A DNA stretch of 64,000 bases from a virus, in the IMG/VR virus record IMGVR_UViG_3300020472_001862, positions 96,001 to 160,000 of that record. One strand, given 5' to 3'. Both the position numbers and the translations under genes were made by a program. This document shows positions 54,880 through 64,000 of this stretch, one piece after another (the first letter of the stretch is position 1; the number at the start of each line of letters is the position of its first letter). The notes beneath the pieces are model-generated. The model was given only the letters and a program-made list of their open reading frames with translations. It was not told the origin of the DNA and ran no database searches.

Positions 54880-56675
54880 TGGCAAAGGCGGAGTATCACG
54901 GTATTACGGTTGATTTGGACAGAGATAAATTATTTGATTCTCTCGGCATTCAAAGATTAAAAGAAAGTTACATGAAAGAAGAGGAGGGAAGTCCTCAAGA
55001 AAGATTCGCTTTTGTTAGTTCTAAATTCAGTTCTAATCCAGAACACGCACAAAGACTATATGAGTATAGCAGTAAGCACTGGCTATCATATTCAACACCT
55101 ATTTTATCTTTTGGAAGGTCCAAAAGAGGCATGCCTATATCATGCTTTCTAAATTATATAGATGACACAGCGGAGGGTTTAGTTGAAAACTTATCAGAAA
55201 CAAACTGGCTTAGCATGCTTGGCGGTGGTGTCGGCATTGGGTTTGGTATTAGGTCAAGCGACGATAAGTCTACTGGGGTTATGCCTCATCTTAAGACTTA
55301 CGATGCCTCGTGCCTCGCGTACCGTCAAGGGCGCACTAGACGGGGTAGCTATGCTACTTACCTTGATATTAGTCATCCAGATGTTCTAATGTTCCTCGAA
55401 ATGAGGAAGCCAACAGGCGATCCTAATATGAGATGCCTCAATCTACATCACGGCATAAACATTACAGATAATTTTATGCAAGTTATTGAAAGATGTATGA
55501 CAGATCCAGATGCAGATGATGGCTGGAACTTAGTAGATCCTAACTCAGGGCTAATTAAGGATACAGTATCAGCTAAAGAACTATGGCAAAAGATACTAGA
55601 ATTAAGAATGGAAACAGGAGAACCTTATATTCATTATATCGATACAAGTAATCGAGAAATGAAACAATTCCAAAAGGATTTAGGATTAAGAATTAATCAG
55701 AGTAATTTGTGCTCTGAAATTATATTGCCCACTAACGAACAACGAACAGCGGTGTGTTGTCTATCATCAGTTAATCTAGAATATTACGACGCTTGGAGTA
55801 GACAGCCACTATTTTTAAAAGACGTAGCAGAAATGCTAGATAATGTGCTATCATTCTTTATAGAGAACGCACCTGATGAAGTAGGAAGAGCTAAATACTC
55901 AGCAAAGCAAGAACGGAGTATTGGAGTAGGTGCTCTTGGTTTCCATGCCTACCTTCAGAAGAACAATTTGGCTTGGGAGAGTAATGAAGCCAAAGGTGCT
56001 AACCTTAGAATGTTTAGACATATAAGGAGTAAATTAGATGAGGCAAACTTATCCCTTGGAAAGGATAGAGGAGAAGCTCCAGATGCTAAAGGGACAGGCA
56101 ACCGTTTTAGTCATCTTATGGCTATCGCTCCTAACGCTTCCAGTAGTATTATTATGGGTAACACTTCGCCTTCTATTGAGCCTTGGAGAGCTAATGCTTA
56201 TAGGCAAGACACTCTTAGTGGAGCGTATCTTAACAAGAATAAATTCTTAGATGCGCTTATTATAGAGTATTGTGAGAAACATCCTAGAACAAATTACGAC
56301 GAGGTTTGGTCCTCGATTATAAGTAATGATGGTTCAGTACAACACATTACACAATTAACAGATGAACAAAGACAAGTTTTTAAAACATCTATGGAAATAG
56401 ATCAACGATGGTTAATTGAACACGCAGCAGACAGACAGATGTATGTAGATCAGGCACAAAGTTTAAATCTATTCTTTAGGCCAGATACACATATATCTTA
56501 TTTGCACGCAGTACATTTCCTAGCATGGAAGTCAGGTGTTAAGACATTATATTATTGTCGTTCAGAGAAGTTAGGTAAAGCAGACAAAGTTTCTAAACGA
56601 ATTGAAAGAGAAATTATACAAGAACTTGATATGACGGCTATTGCAGATGGGGAATGTTTGGCATGCGAGGGATAA
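54879..56675 (+). CDS. nrdA: class I ribonucleotide reductase alpha subunit (no ATP cone)
   Basis: STP, ISCF, GGGVG, SNLCSEI, VCCLSS, APNASS, DQAQS, TLYY, CLACEG. Confidence 0.96.
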   Translation: MAKAEYHGITVDLDRDKLFDSLGIQRLKESYMKEEEGSPQERFAFVSSKFSSNPEHAQRLYEYSSKHWLSYSTPILSFGRSKRGMPISCFLNYIDDTAEGLVENLSETNWLSMLGGGVGIGFGIRSSDDKSTGVMPHLKTYDASCLAYRQGRTRRGSYATYLDISHPDVLMFLEMRKPTGDPNMRCLNLHHGINITDNFMQVIERCMTDPDADDGWNLVDPNSGLIKDTVSAKELWQKILELRMETGEPYIHYIDTSNREMKQFQKDLGLRINQSNLCSEIILPTNEQRTAVCCLSSVNLEYYDAWSRQPLFLKDVAEMLDNVLSFFIENAPDEVGRAKYSAKQERSIGVGALGFHAYLQKNNLAWESNEAKGANLRMFRHIRSKLDEANLSLGKDRGEAPDAKGTGNRFSHLMAIAPNASSSIIMGNTSPSIEPWRANAYRQDTLSGAYLNKNKFLDALIIEYCEKHPRTNYDEVWSSIISNDGSVQHITQLTDEQRQVFKTSMEIDQRWLIEHAADRQMYVDQAQSLNLFFRPDTHISYLHAVHFLAWKSGVKTLYYCRSEKLGKADKVSKRIEREIIQELDMTAIADGECLACEG

Positions 56676-57376
56676 GAAATTGGGGGCCCGATAGGATTAA
56701 GTATTCAGACGCTCCTAATAAAGTAGCGAATGATAGAAATCATATAGATATACTTGAGCAACCTATATATAATACAATGGACGATCAGAATGGTATCCAT
56801 TTTAGCCCTCACGAAATAGATTATACAGAATGGAAGGAAAGTATAGCAATATTTGGAGACTCTACAAGTTACGGACAATACCTTAACACAGGAGACTCTT
56901 TACATGAAATATTATCTTTCGATAGGCCTGTAAATAATTTTGCCTATCCTGCTGAAGGTAATGGACATATATTTAAAAAGTTTACAAATGTTGTAACAAA
57001 ATATGGTTTGCCTTGGGGTGTAATAGTAGGTTACTCCAGCCCATGGCGAATAGCACATACAAGAGAGGATGATAATATAGTTGAGTCTATTGGGCATTGG
57101 TCTAAGGAATATACTAAAGATCAAGCAGGAGCTATCCAATTTTTGTCTGAATGTAGGAAAACAATATTAGGACAAACTTACGATATTAAAAGTGCTATGA
57201 GAATTATGTGTAAGGATATTAAATATTTTGAATGGACAGCTTTTATAAAGAATAAATTTTTTGATGATGTATATCAACTTAGGTGGAAGGATCATGCCTC
57301 AGACGGAGTACATCCAGGACCAGAGACAATGAGATATTTGGCAAGAAAGATTGAAAAAGAGTGGAGAGATGTATAA
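56654..57376 (+). CDS. SGNH-like hypothetical protein
   Basis: IFGDSTSYG, VNNFAYPAEGN, DGVHPG. Confidence 0.55.
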   Translation: MFGMRGIRNWGPDRIKYSDAPNKVANDRNHIDILEQPIYNTMDDQNGIHFSPHEIDYTEWKESIAIFGDSTSYGQYLNTGDSLHEILSFDRPVNNFAYPAEGNGHIFKKFTNVVTKYGLPWGVIVGYSSPWRIAHTREDDNIVESIGHWSKEYTKDQAGAIQFLSECRKTILGQTYDIKSAMRIMCKDIKYFEWTAFIKNKFFDDVYQLRWKDHASDGVHPGPETMRYLARKIEKEWRDV

Positions 57377-58034
57377 TATAGATGGAGCAGGAGTTCCTAA
57401 AGGTGTAATAGGTGTTGTAGTATCAGGAGGCTTTGATAGCACTGTGCTGTGGCATTATCTGTATGGTATTTGTAAAGAAAGGAATCAAAAGATTATTCCT
57501 TTTACTGTACCTAAAAATGATGGAGCATTAACATACGCTATTAGAATGTTAGAGTGGAGTGCTAAAAGATATGGTGATAAAACTCTCCACCCTGTTGTAA
57601 TAAATTCTAAAGGTGTTAACTGGAGTAAAAAAGATTATCAAGGTGAAGAGGTAGCAAGGCAATTAATTGATGGTATAAAAGAGATAATGGACTTAGGTCT
57701 AGCTGGTTATGTTTACACAGGAGTGAATGAGTATCCACCTAATTATGAGACATTATGTTCATATCATGTACCCGGACCTAGAAATTTATCTAGGGATAGT
57801 GATTTTATTTACAAAGGCAGACCTGTAAGTGATATTATAAGGCAACCTTTTGCAGATTTAACTAAGACAGATTTAATTAACTTTGCAAATGAACTAGGAA
57901 TATTAGATGAGGTAATGGAAATATCTCATAGTTGCGTTGAGCTTATAAGAGGCAGGTGTGGGGAATGTTTTTGGTGTAAAGAAAGGGAATGGGGTTTTGC
58001 TGAGGCAGGACTAGTAGACAAAGGAACAAACTAA
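57351..58034 (+). CDS. QueC-like PP-loop ATPase
   Basis: VSGGFDS, PF..L.K, SHSC-x7-CGECFWC.ER. Confidence 0.75.
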   Translation: MKKSGEMYNIDGAGVPKGVIGVVVSGGFDSTVLWHYLYGICKERNQKIIPFTVPKNDGALTYAIRMLEWSAKRYGDKTLHPVVINSKGVNWSKKDYQGEEVARQLIDGIKEIMDLGLAGYVYTGVNEYPPNYETLCSYHVPGPRNLSRDSDFIYKGRPVSDIIRQPFADLTKTDLINFANELGILDEVMEISHSCVELIRGRCGECFWCKEREWGFAEAGLVDKGTN

Positions 58035-58044
58035 GAGGAAAGAC

Positions 58045-59037
58045 ATGGTGGCAAAACTTAAATTAACAGACGAAAGAGATTATTTCAAACCATTTAATTA
58101 TCCATGGGCGTATGAGGCATGGCTAAAACACGAGCAATCACATTGGTTGCATACAGAAGTACCAATGGCAGAGGATGCAAAGGATTGGAAGGAAAAGTGT
58201 ACTGATCCTGAGAAAGCATTCCTTACAAACATATTTAGATTCTTTGTACAAGGAGATATAGATGTAGCTGGAGGCTATATTAATAACTATCTACCTTATT
58301 TTCCTCAACCAGAAGTTCGCATGATGTTATCAGGATTTGCTGCTAGGGAAGCATTACATGTTGCTGCCTATGCACATTTAATAGAAACATTAGGTATGCC
58401 AGAGTCTACTTATAGTGAGTTTTTAGAATATCAAACAATGGCAGACAAACATGATTACTTCATGGAATTGTCAGCAGCTAACGGAACACCAGAGTCTGTT
58501 GCTACAAATATAGCTGCCTTCTCAGCATTTACAGAAGGTATGCAGTTATTCTCATCTTTTATTATGTTATTAAACTTCCCACGACATGGTAAGATGAAAG
58601 GTATGGGACAAATTATTACATGGTCTATCGTAGATGAAACAATGCACGCAGAGTCTATGATTAAACTATTTAAAACCTATATTAATGAGAACAAAGCGTT
58701 ATGGAATGATAAACTTAAAAAAGAGATATATGATATCGCAGAGAAAATGGTAGAACTAGAAGAGAAGTTTATTGATCTAGCATTCTCCATGGGCGATATG
58801 GAGAACTTAAAACCACAAGATGTTAAACAATACATTAGATATATTGCTGATAGAAGGCTTATAAGTATGGGTATGCGAGGTATCTTTAAGGTTAAAAGAA
58901 ATCCATTATTGTGGGTAGAAGAGATGATTAATGCTCCTACTCATACAAACTTTTTTGAAAATAGATCAACAGACTATGCTCGAGGAGCTTTAAAAGGAGA
59001 CTGGGGTGATGTCTGGGGAGAGGCTAGTAGTGCCTAG
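58045..59037 (+). CDS. nrdB: ribonucleotide reductase beta subunit
   Basis: FF.QGD, REALH..AY, TEG, DETMH, NFFE. Confidence 0.96.
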   Translation: MVAKLKLTDERDYFKPFNYPWAYEAWLKHEQSHWLHTEVPMAEDAKDWKEKCTDPEKAFLTNIFRFFVQGDIDVAGGYINNYLPYFPQPEVRMMLSGFAAREALHVAAYAHLIETLGMPESTYSEFLEYQTMADKHDYFMELSAANGTPESVATNIAAFSAFTEGMQLFSSFIMLLNFPRHGKMKGMGQIITWSIVDETMHAESMIKLFKTYINENKALWNDKLKKEIYDIAEKMVELEEKFIDLAFSMGDMENLKPQDVKQYIRYIADRRLISMGMRGIFKVKRNPLLWVEEMINAPTHTNFFENRSTDYARGALKGDWGDVWGEASSA

Positions 59038-59212
59038 AAAATATATAGAATGTGTTCATTGTGAAGGGACTGCTCATATTGAACATGAGCAAGAACACAC
59101 CTTCTATCAAATAAAATTTTGTCCCTTCTGTGGCGAAGAGCTAGAATTAGAAGAGGAGTTACACATTGAAGACTTTGAAGACTCAGACGAGTATAAAGCA
59201 AACAATCAATGA
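59030..59212 (+). CDS. zinc-ribbon protein
   Basis: CVHC...CPFCG plus an acidic tail. Confidence 0.7.
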   Translation: MPRKYIECVHCEGTAHIEHEQEHTFYQIKFCPFCGEELELEEELHIEDFEDSDEYKANNQ

Positions 59213-59522
59213 TATAGGTGGTGAGATTGTAAAAGATAGTGATGTATATACTGTCAAAGATAATACACACTTAAAGAACCTGGTACTTAGTAGCACATTT
59301 TTAAATGCTAATAAAGAGACATCAGGACATAAACATGAAGGCCAAGAAGAAATATATCTCTTCATAAAAGGCAAAGGTGAAATGACTATAGATGATGATA
59401 GATTTCCAATCGAGGCAGGTGATGCTATTCTTATAGAGGATGGTGTCTTTCATCAGGTACATAATACAGGACATTTAGGTTTATATTTTGTATGTGTCTT
59501 TGATGGAGGGCGAAACCATTAA
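59166..59522 (+). CDS. cupin-domain protein
   Basis: GHKH..QEEIY.F..G.G, GD...I..G.FH.V.N. Confidence 0.85.
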   Translation: MKTLKTQTSIKQTINDIGGEIVKDSDVYTVKDNTHLKNLVLSSTFLNANKETSGHKHEGQEEIYLFIKGKGEMTIDDDRFPIEAGDAILIEDGVFHQVHNTGHLGLYFVCVFDGGRNH

Positions 59523-59644
59523 TATAATACAGAAGATAGCACTAATAGTCTCAGCAATAACTGGTTTTATAATTTTAATATCAATAATCCCTGACTCAGA
59601 TCCTTGTAAAGGACCAAAGGATTATAGTAGATTTTGTATAACAT

Positions 59645-59773
59645 ATGGACATTGAAAAACTTTTAAAAAAATATCCGCTGTTTATGAACGCGGTTTTACC
59701 TACATTAGTAGTAGCATTTGCTATGCTGATGATGTTTACCATGATGAGTTTAATTCAATCTATTGTAGTATAA
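59645..59773 (+). CDS. 42-aa membrane micro-ORF
   Basis: MDIEKLLKKYPLFMNAVLPTLVVAFAMLMMFTMMSLIQSIVV. Confidence 0.45.
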   Translation: MDIEKLLKKYPLFMNAVLPTLVVAFAMLMMFTMMSLIQSIVV

Positions 59774-59776
59774 ATA
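59769..59776 (+). promoter_or_regulatory. T4-type late promoter
   Basis: TATAAATA five nt before ATG 59782. Confidence 0.72.
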
Positions 59777-59781
59777 CATAG

Positions 59782-60111
59782 ATGGCTAGGAAAAAGAAAG
59801 AACCTAAGAAGCATAGAGTATATTGTACATATTTTCCTGATGGCAGATATTACATAGGTTATTCTTGTAAGACAGATAAACAATTTGATAAGTATTATGG
59901 TAGCTCAACCATAGTTAAGGAGTCAGTAGACGAATTGAGGAAAGAGGTTATAGTAGAATATAAAACTAGAGCACCTGCAAAAATGCAGGAGTTTTTATTA
60001 CAATGGCAACAACGACACGACGATAGGTGTGTTAATGATATGTTGCATGTTAGAATAAGGAGTAGTTTCCTAAAAGATTTCGAACCTATCGAATGGAGGC
60101 CAAATGGTTAA
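59782..60111 (+). CDS. GIY-YIG-like nuclease domain protein
   Basis: RVY...GRYYIG, YYGSS, late E and N residues. Confidence 0.65.
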   Translation: MARKKKEPKKHRVYCTYFPDGRYYIGYSCKTDKQFDKYYGSSTIVKESVDELRKEVIVEYKTRAPAKMQEFLLQWQQRHDDRCVNDMLHVRIRSSFLKDFEPIEWRPNG

Positions 60112-61585
60112 GCAAAGTAATTTATCATTTATAGTTATGACTCTATTCTCTGCACTGGCAGTATCAGCAGTAGCTGCATACTTTTCTATTGTAGGACTTA
60201 TAGCAATATTTTCTGCTCTGCCTATGTCCATACTTGCAATGGGTATAGTGTTAGAAATAGCAAAACTTGTAACAGCATCATGGGTATATCAGTATTGGGA
60301 ACGAATACAGTTCATGATGAAAACATACATGATATTAGCAGTAGTCGTTCTATCCTTAATCACATCTATAGGTATATTTGGATTCCTAAGTAAAGCACAT
60401 ATGGACCAAGCAGCTACGGCAGGAGACGCTGGTGCACAAGTAAGTAGAATAGAGCAATTAGTAGCAAGAGAGCAAGGCAAAATATTATCTTTAGAAGAAA
60501 GGATACAAAGAATAGATGATGGCGGTACATTAGATGTTACAGATTCTATTCGACAACAGGAAGAAATACGAGATACTGCATGGGATAGAATCCAAGGCGA
60601 TATAACATACGCCGAAGAACAAATTGATAAGATTAGAGCCTCTTTAGAGTCAGATTTGGCGATAGAACAGTCAAAACTAGACGGTTTAGACGCTATAATA
60701 GCATCTTATACAAGCCAAGGTACTACTGGAAATGCCTTTAGTCGTACAGATAATGTGGCAAAGGGTTTAGAAGTAAGACAGGAACAAAAGGTAGAAAGAG
60801 ATGCTATAGATCTTAAGATGAAAGAGTTACGAGATTATGCAGAGACACAAATTGCCGGTTATCGTAACCAAATATCTCAATACAGAGCAGATACACAAGA
60901 AACAATAGATGGTGCCAATGCTGAAATAAACAGGCTGAGAGATAACGAAAGTAATGCACAAGTAGGCAGAGACGATCAAGTGGATAGCCTACAAGCACAG
61001 ATAGATGAGGTGTATTTAGTTATAGAGGATTATAACGAGGATTTATTTGAGAAGAGAGCCATCGTTAGAGAGTTAGATAATGAAGTAGGACCAGTTAAAT
61101 ATATTGCACAACTGATTTATGGCGAGAATGGTACAGCAGCGGTTGATTCTGCCGTACAAATTGTTATAATGCTACTTATATTTGTATTTGATCCTTTAGC
61201 TATTATATTAGTTATAGCAGCTAATTTAAGTTTTAAGGAAAGAATGGGTGGAAGGATAACAGCAATGTCAGCACCAGAGGTAGACTTTGTTGAAGAACTA
61301 ACACCAGCAGATAAACCAGAGGAAGGCTCATGGGCTGCACATACAACAGCACCTCCACCAGACTTTGGTTTAGATGATAAAGTGGGTGTAACTGACGCTT
61401 TACATATTGATATGGAATTGCCACCTGATGGTACAATGACAGAGGATATGGTAAAGAGCCAGGAAATACCTAAAGAGTTGGAGTCATGGGTATCAGACAA
61501 GTATGGTAAAGAGTCTGCCATGGACCCTAAAAAAGAAATAGATTTACAATGGTTAATTGATAAAAAGAGGAAGAAAGATGCCTAA
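60104..61585 (+). CDS. multi-TM coiled-coil membrane protein
   Basis: Three N-terminal TMs (LEIAKLV, TS.GIFGFLSKAH), long coiled coil, EVGPVKY, IFVFDPLA TM. Confidence 0.8.
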   Translation: MVKQSNLSFIVMTLFSALAVSAVAAYFSIVGLIAIFSALPMSILAMGIVLEIAKLVTASWVYQYWERIQFMMKTYMILAVVVLSLITSIGIFGFLSKAHMDQAATAGDAGAQVSRIEQLVAREQGKILSLEERIQRIDDGGTLDVTDSIRQQEEIRDTAWDRIQGDITYAEEQIDKIRASLESDLAIEQSKLDGLDAIIASYTSQGTTGNAFSRTDNVAKGLEVRQEQKVERDAIDLKMKELRDYAETQIAGYRNQISQYRADTQETIDGANAEINRLRDNESNAQVGRDDQVDSLQAQIDEVYLVIEDYNEDLFEKRAIVRELDNEVGPVKYIAQLIYGENGTAAVDSAVQIVIMLLIFVFDPLAIILVIAANLSFKERMGGRITAMSAPEVDFVEELTPADKPEEGSWAAHTTAPPPDFGLDDKVGVTDALHIDMELPPDGTMTEDMVKSQEIPKELESWVSDKYGKESAMDPKKEIDLQWLIDKKRKKDA

Positions 61586-61907
61586 TATTACAGAGTTTCA
61601 CCCAGATAGAAACAACGATGAATGGAGAAAGAGTGTAGAGGATCTACTTAAAACAGGCAATGGTAAGTTCCATTTCCAAAAAGTAGATGGAAGTTTAAGA
61701 GATATGTACTGCACACTGAACCCAAGTGTTTTACCAGAATCAGGTAATACTGAACCAGCAAGCCAGGCTAAGCCAGGTATATTAACAGTATTTGATATTG
61801 AGAAAAACGGCTGGCGTTCAATGAGATATGAAAATGTCATCGGTTTTAAGTTTTTGGGTGATCAAACAACAGATCCAGAACACCCATCATCATTTATTAG
61901 ACAATAA
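61578..61907 (+). CDS. WYL_2/Sm-like SH3-barrel protein
   Basis: F.KVDGSLR.M.CTL..VFD.EK.GWRS.R. Confidence 0.75.
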   Translation: MPNITEFHPDRNNDEWRKSVEDLLKTGNGKFHFQKVDGSLRDMYCTLNPSVLPESGNTEPASQAKPGILTVFDIEKNGWRSMRYENVIGFKFLGDQTTDPEHPSSFIRQ

Positions 61908-61951
61908 TGGTCCTATAGAGTCTTGACTCTAGGTTGTACTGCGCTTATAAT
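61908..61951 (+). promoter_or_regulatory. sigma70-type promoter with upstream TGGTCCTAT box
   Basis: TGGTCCTAT at 61908, then TTGACT(61923)-17-TATAAT. Confidence 0.82.
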
Positions 61952-61981
61952 TAGTAGTATGATTAATAAAGGAGTCCTTTC

Positions 61982-63103
61982 ATGGCAAAACGAAAACAAC
62001 GAACTCAGTACTTATTGGCTGAGCCTAATTGGGCTGCACTCAGCCTAATTGAGAAAGAGGAAGAGCGACAAAAAGCCTTTCAAGACACGCAATACTGGAT
62101 ACACCAGGAAATAGCAAACAAAGAAACTTACAAAGAGTTTCGAGAGTGGGTTAAGAAACACTCTGGTTGGGATAAACAGTCTCAGACATCTGTACTAGGA
62201 TGTCCTGACTGGCGATATCTAACAATAGGCCAGTATGCTTTCTTTCAGAACAAGACAGGTTGGATGCCTGTTAGGTGTAAAAAATGGATTGATAATAAAC
62301 TATCAGAGCTTATTGAGAAAGGTAACGAAGCTATAGCTGAAAAGAAAGAAGCTAAAAAGGTTGTTGTAATCAAACCTAAGATAATTAGAACACAATTATC
62401 TGACTTCCTATCAGCATTTGATGAGATGTTAGATCATCTAACCGTGGGTAAAAAAGCTGGTTCTGTAGAAAGTTTACTTAGACAAATAATAATGATACCT
62501 TCAGAGTTAGCTGAGGCTCGTAGTGAAATGTCTAAACTTAAGGATGAATTTGATGAACTTGTAAGAGTTCGTAAGATTAAAGGTGGTAGAAGTGATTGGG
62601 ACGAACAACTGGTAGAAGGTTATAGTCATATCAATACACCTAACTTAAGAAAGATTATGGCATACTTCGATGAAGGCTTACAGTCTATTGATACATACAC
62701 AGCATCTAAGAAAACTGTAAGGCGTAAGAAGCCACAAGATCCTCGCAAGATAGTAGCACGATTGAGGCATTTAAAAGCAGATAAGGACTTTAATATAGCA
62801 TCTATTAACCCTGTAGACATCCTAGGTAGTACCGAGGTGTGGGTATATGATGTTAAACGCCGTAGACTAGGGCTATATAAGTCTAAGGGTGATGGTGGAC
62901 TAGGTGTTAAAGGCACATCTGTTACAGGCTATGATGATGGACTATCATATGAAAAGACTTTGCGTAAGCCAGAGGAACAGCTTCCAGTAATAATGAAGAA
63001 GTCTAAGAACGCACTACATGATACAGTAGGAAAGATAAGAGGCAAACAAATGAAAGTTAAGACTCGTATTAATCCTAACATGCTAATTCTAAAGGTACAA
63101 TAA
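61982..63103 (+). CDS. conserved T4-like hypothetical protein
   Basis: QLVEGYS, SINP..I.G..EVWVY..K.R.L, VKGT, KTLRKP. Confidence 0.8.
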   Translation: MAKRKQRTQYLLAEPNWAALSLIEKEEERQKAFQDTQYWIHQEIANKETYKEFREWVKKHSGWDKQSQTSVLGCPDWRYLTIGQYAFFQNKTGWMPVRCKKWIDNKLSELIEKGNEAIAEKKEAKKVVVIKPKIIRTQLSDFLSAFDEMLDHLTVGKKAGSVESLLRQIIMIPSELAEARSEMSKLKDEFDELVRVRKIKGGRSDWDEQLVEGYSHINTPNLRKIMAYFDEGLQSIDTYTASKKTVRRKKPQDPRKIVARLRHLKADKDFNIASINPVDILGSTEVWVYDVKRRRLGLYKSKGDGGLGVKGTSVTGYDDGLSYEKTLRKPEEQLPVIMKKSKNALHDTVGKIRGKQMKVKTRINPNMLILKVQ

Positions 63104-63104
63104 C

Positions 63105-63995
63105 ATGATAGTCATAGATTATAATCAGGTGGCAATTGGTGCTTTTATGGCAGAGATACGCAATCGTTCAGATGTAGATGTAAACTTACCTTTACTCAGA
63201 CATATGATACTCAACACTATTAGATCCTATAATAAAAAACATAGAGAAGAGTTTGGTGGTGTGGTTATAGCATGTGATAACAGACATTATTGGCGTAGGC
63301 AAGTCTTTCCTCAATACAAAGCAGGTAGGAAGAGTACAAGGGAAGCATCTAATTTAGACTGGGGTGTGATATTTGATTCTCTTAATATGGTTAGAGATGA
63401 ATTGTCAGAAGTATTTCCTTATCCTTTAATAGATGTAGATGGTGCTGAGGCTGATGATGTAATAGGAACATTAGCAGAATATAGTCAGACAATAGGAGAG
63501 CCTGGGCCTTTATTTGAAGATGAAATAACACCAGAGCCTTTCCTAATTATATCAGGAGATCATGACTTTAAACAGTTACAAAAGTTTCCTAATGTAAAGC
63601 AATGGGCACCAGCACAGAAGAAGTGGGTTAAGTTACAGGAAACTCCTGAACAATATCTCATGGAACATATTATTACAGGTGATAAAGGAGATGGCATACC
63701 TAATATGCTATCAGGAGATAATGTATTTGTAGATGGTATTAGGCAAAGTCCTGTTCGTAAGAAACTATTAGCTGAATGGAAACTACAACAACCAGAAGAA
63801 TTTGTTACAGGTGAAACAGCACATGGCTGGAACCGTAATCGACTACTAATAGATTTGTCCAAAACACCAGAAGACATTAAAGAAAGTATTATACATAGTT
63901 ATACGAATCAAACAAATAAGGACAAAACAGCCTTATTAGACTATTTTGTTAAACATAATATGAGAACAATGGTTGAAGTCATTGATGAATTTTAA
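63105..63995 (+). CDS. rnh: RNase H / 5'-3' flap exonuclease (T4 rnh)
   Basis: IDYNQ, IACD..YWR..FP.YK..R, EADD, ISGD.DF.QL, GDKGDGIPN. Confidence 0.95.
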   Translation: MIVIDYNQVAIGAFMAEIRNRSDVDVNLPLLRHMILNTIRSYNKKHREEFGGVVIACDNRHYWRRQVFPQYKAGRKSTREASNLDWGVIFDSLNMVRDELSEVFPYPLIDVDGAEADDVIGTLAEYSQTIGEPGPLFEDEITPEPFLIISGDHDFKQLQKFPNVKQWAPAQKKWVKLQETPEQYLMEHIITGDKGDGIPNMLSGDNVFVDGIRQSPVRKKLLAEWKLQQPEEFVTGETAHGWNRNRLLIDLSKTPEDIKESIIHSYTNQTNKDKTALLDYFVKHNMRTMVEVIDEF

Positions 63996-64000
63996 ACAAG

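Noticed and set aside
28363-56675. Introns or inteins in gp43, gp41, UvsX or NrdA
   Set aside because: All are continuous ORFs of ordinary length with motifs in the expected spacing.
59782-60111. Mobile homing endonuclease
   Set aside because: Only a 109-aa catalytic-type domain with no DNA-binding tail, so mobility is unsupported.
157-63877. Minus-strand and nested alternative-frame ORFs in the track
   Set aside because: Essentially all shadow well-supported + strand genes and show no recognisable motifs.
1-64000. tRNA genes, CRISPR arrays, integrase or att sites
   Set aside because: None recognised by eye, and intergenic space is minimal. tRNAscan-SE and a CRISPR finder would confirm.

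Overview
This 64 kb window is an AT-rich, densely coding segment of a large lytic T4-like myophage genome. Every credible gene is on the + strand. The gene content resembles marine T4-like phages, and the host is probably a Gram-negative proteobacterium (inference). Replication and recombination core: gp47/gp46, gp45, gp44, gp62, RegA, gp43, UvsX, gp41, gp61, NrdA/NrdB and RNase H. Accessory blocks: (i) a 7-deazaguanine DNA-modification cluster (FolE, DpdA/TGT-like, QueD, a second QueD-like T-fold, a glycosyltransferase, and a distant QueC-like gene); (ii) protein-handling genes (glutaredoxin, two SET proteins, peptide deformylase, ClpP, Hsp20 with a ROSE-like leader, peroxiredoxin); (iii) a TonB-dependent receptor, two paralogous B12-binding radical SAM enzymes, a third radical SAM, a crotonase and 2OG oxygenases; (iv) a late region (about 42-53.6 kb) that looks like capsid-internal cargo. 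That late region has T4-type capsid-targeting N-termini, two enzymes with about 11% His flanking an unannotated 15-aa peptide with 8 Cys, and Lys/Arg-rich polyproteins punctuated by prohead-protease-like sites, one split at an A9 run. Sigma70-type promoters (three with a fixed-position TGGTCCTAT box) and T4 late TATAAATA promoters are readable. I recognised no tRNA, CRISPR array, integrase, intron or intein. All family calls come from motif recognition by eye; no searches were run.
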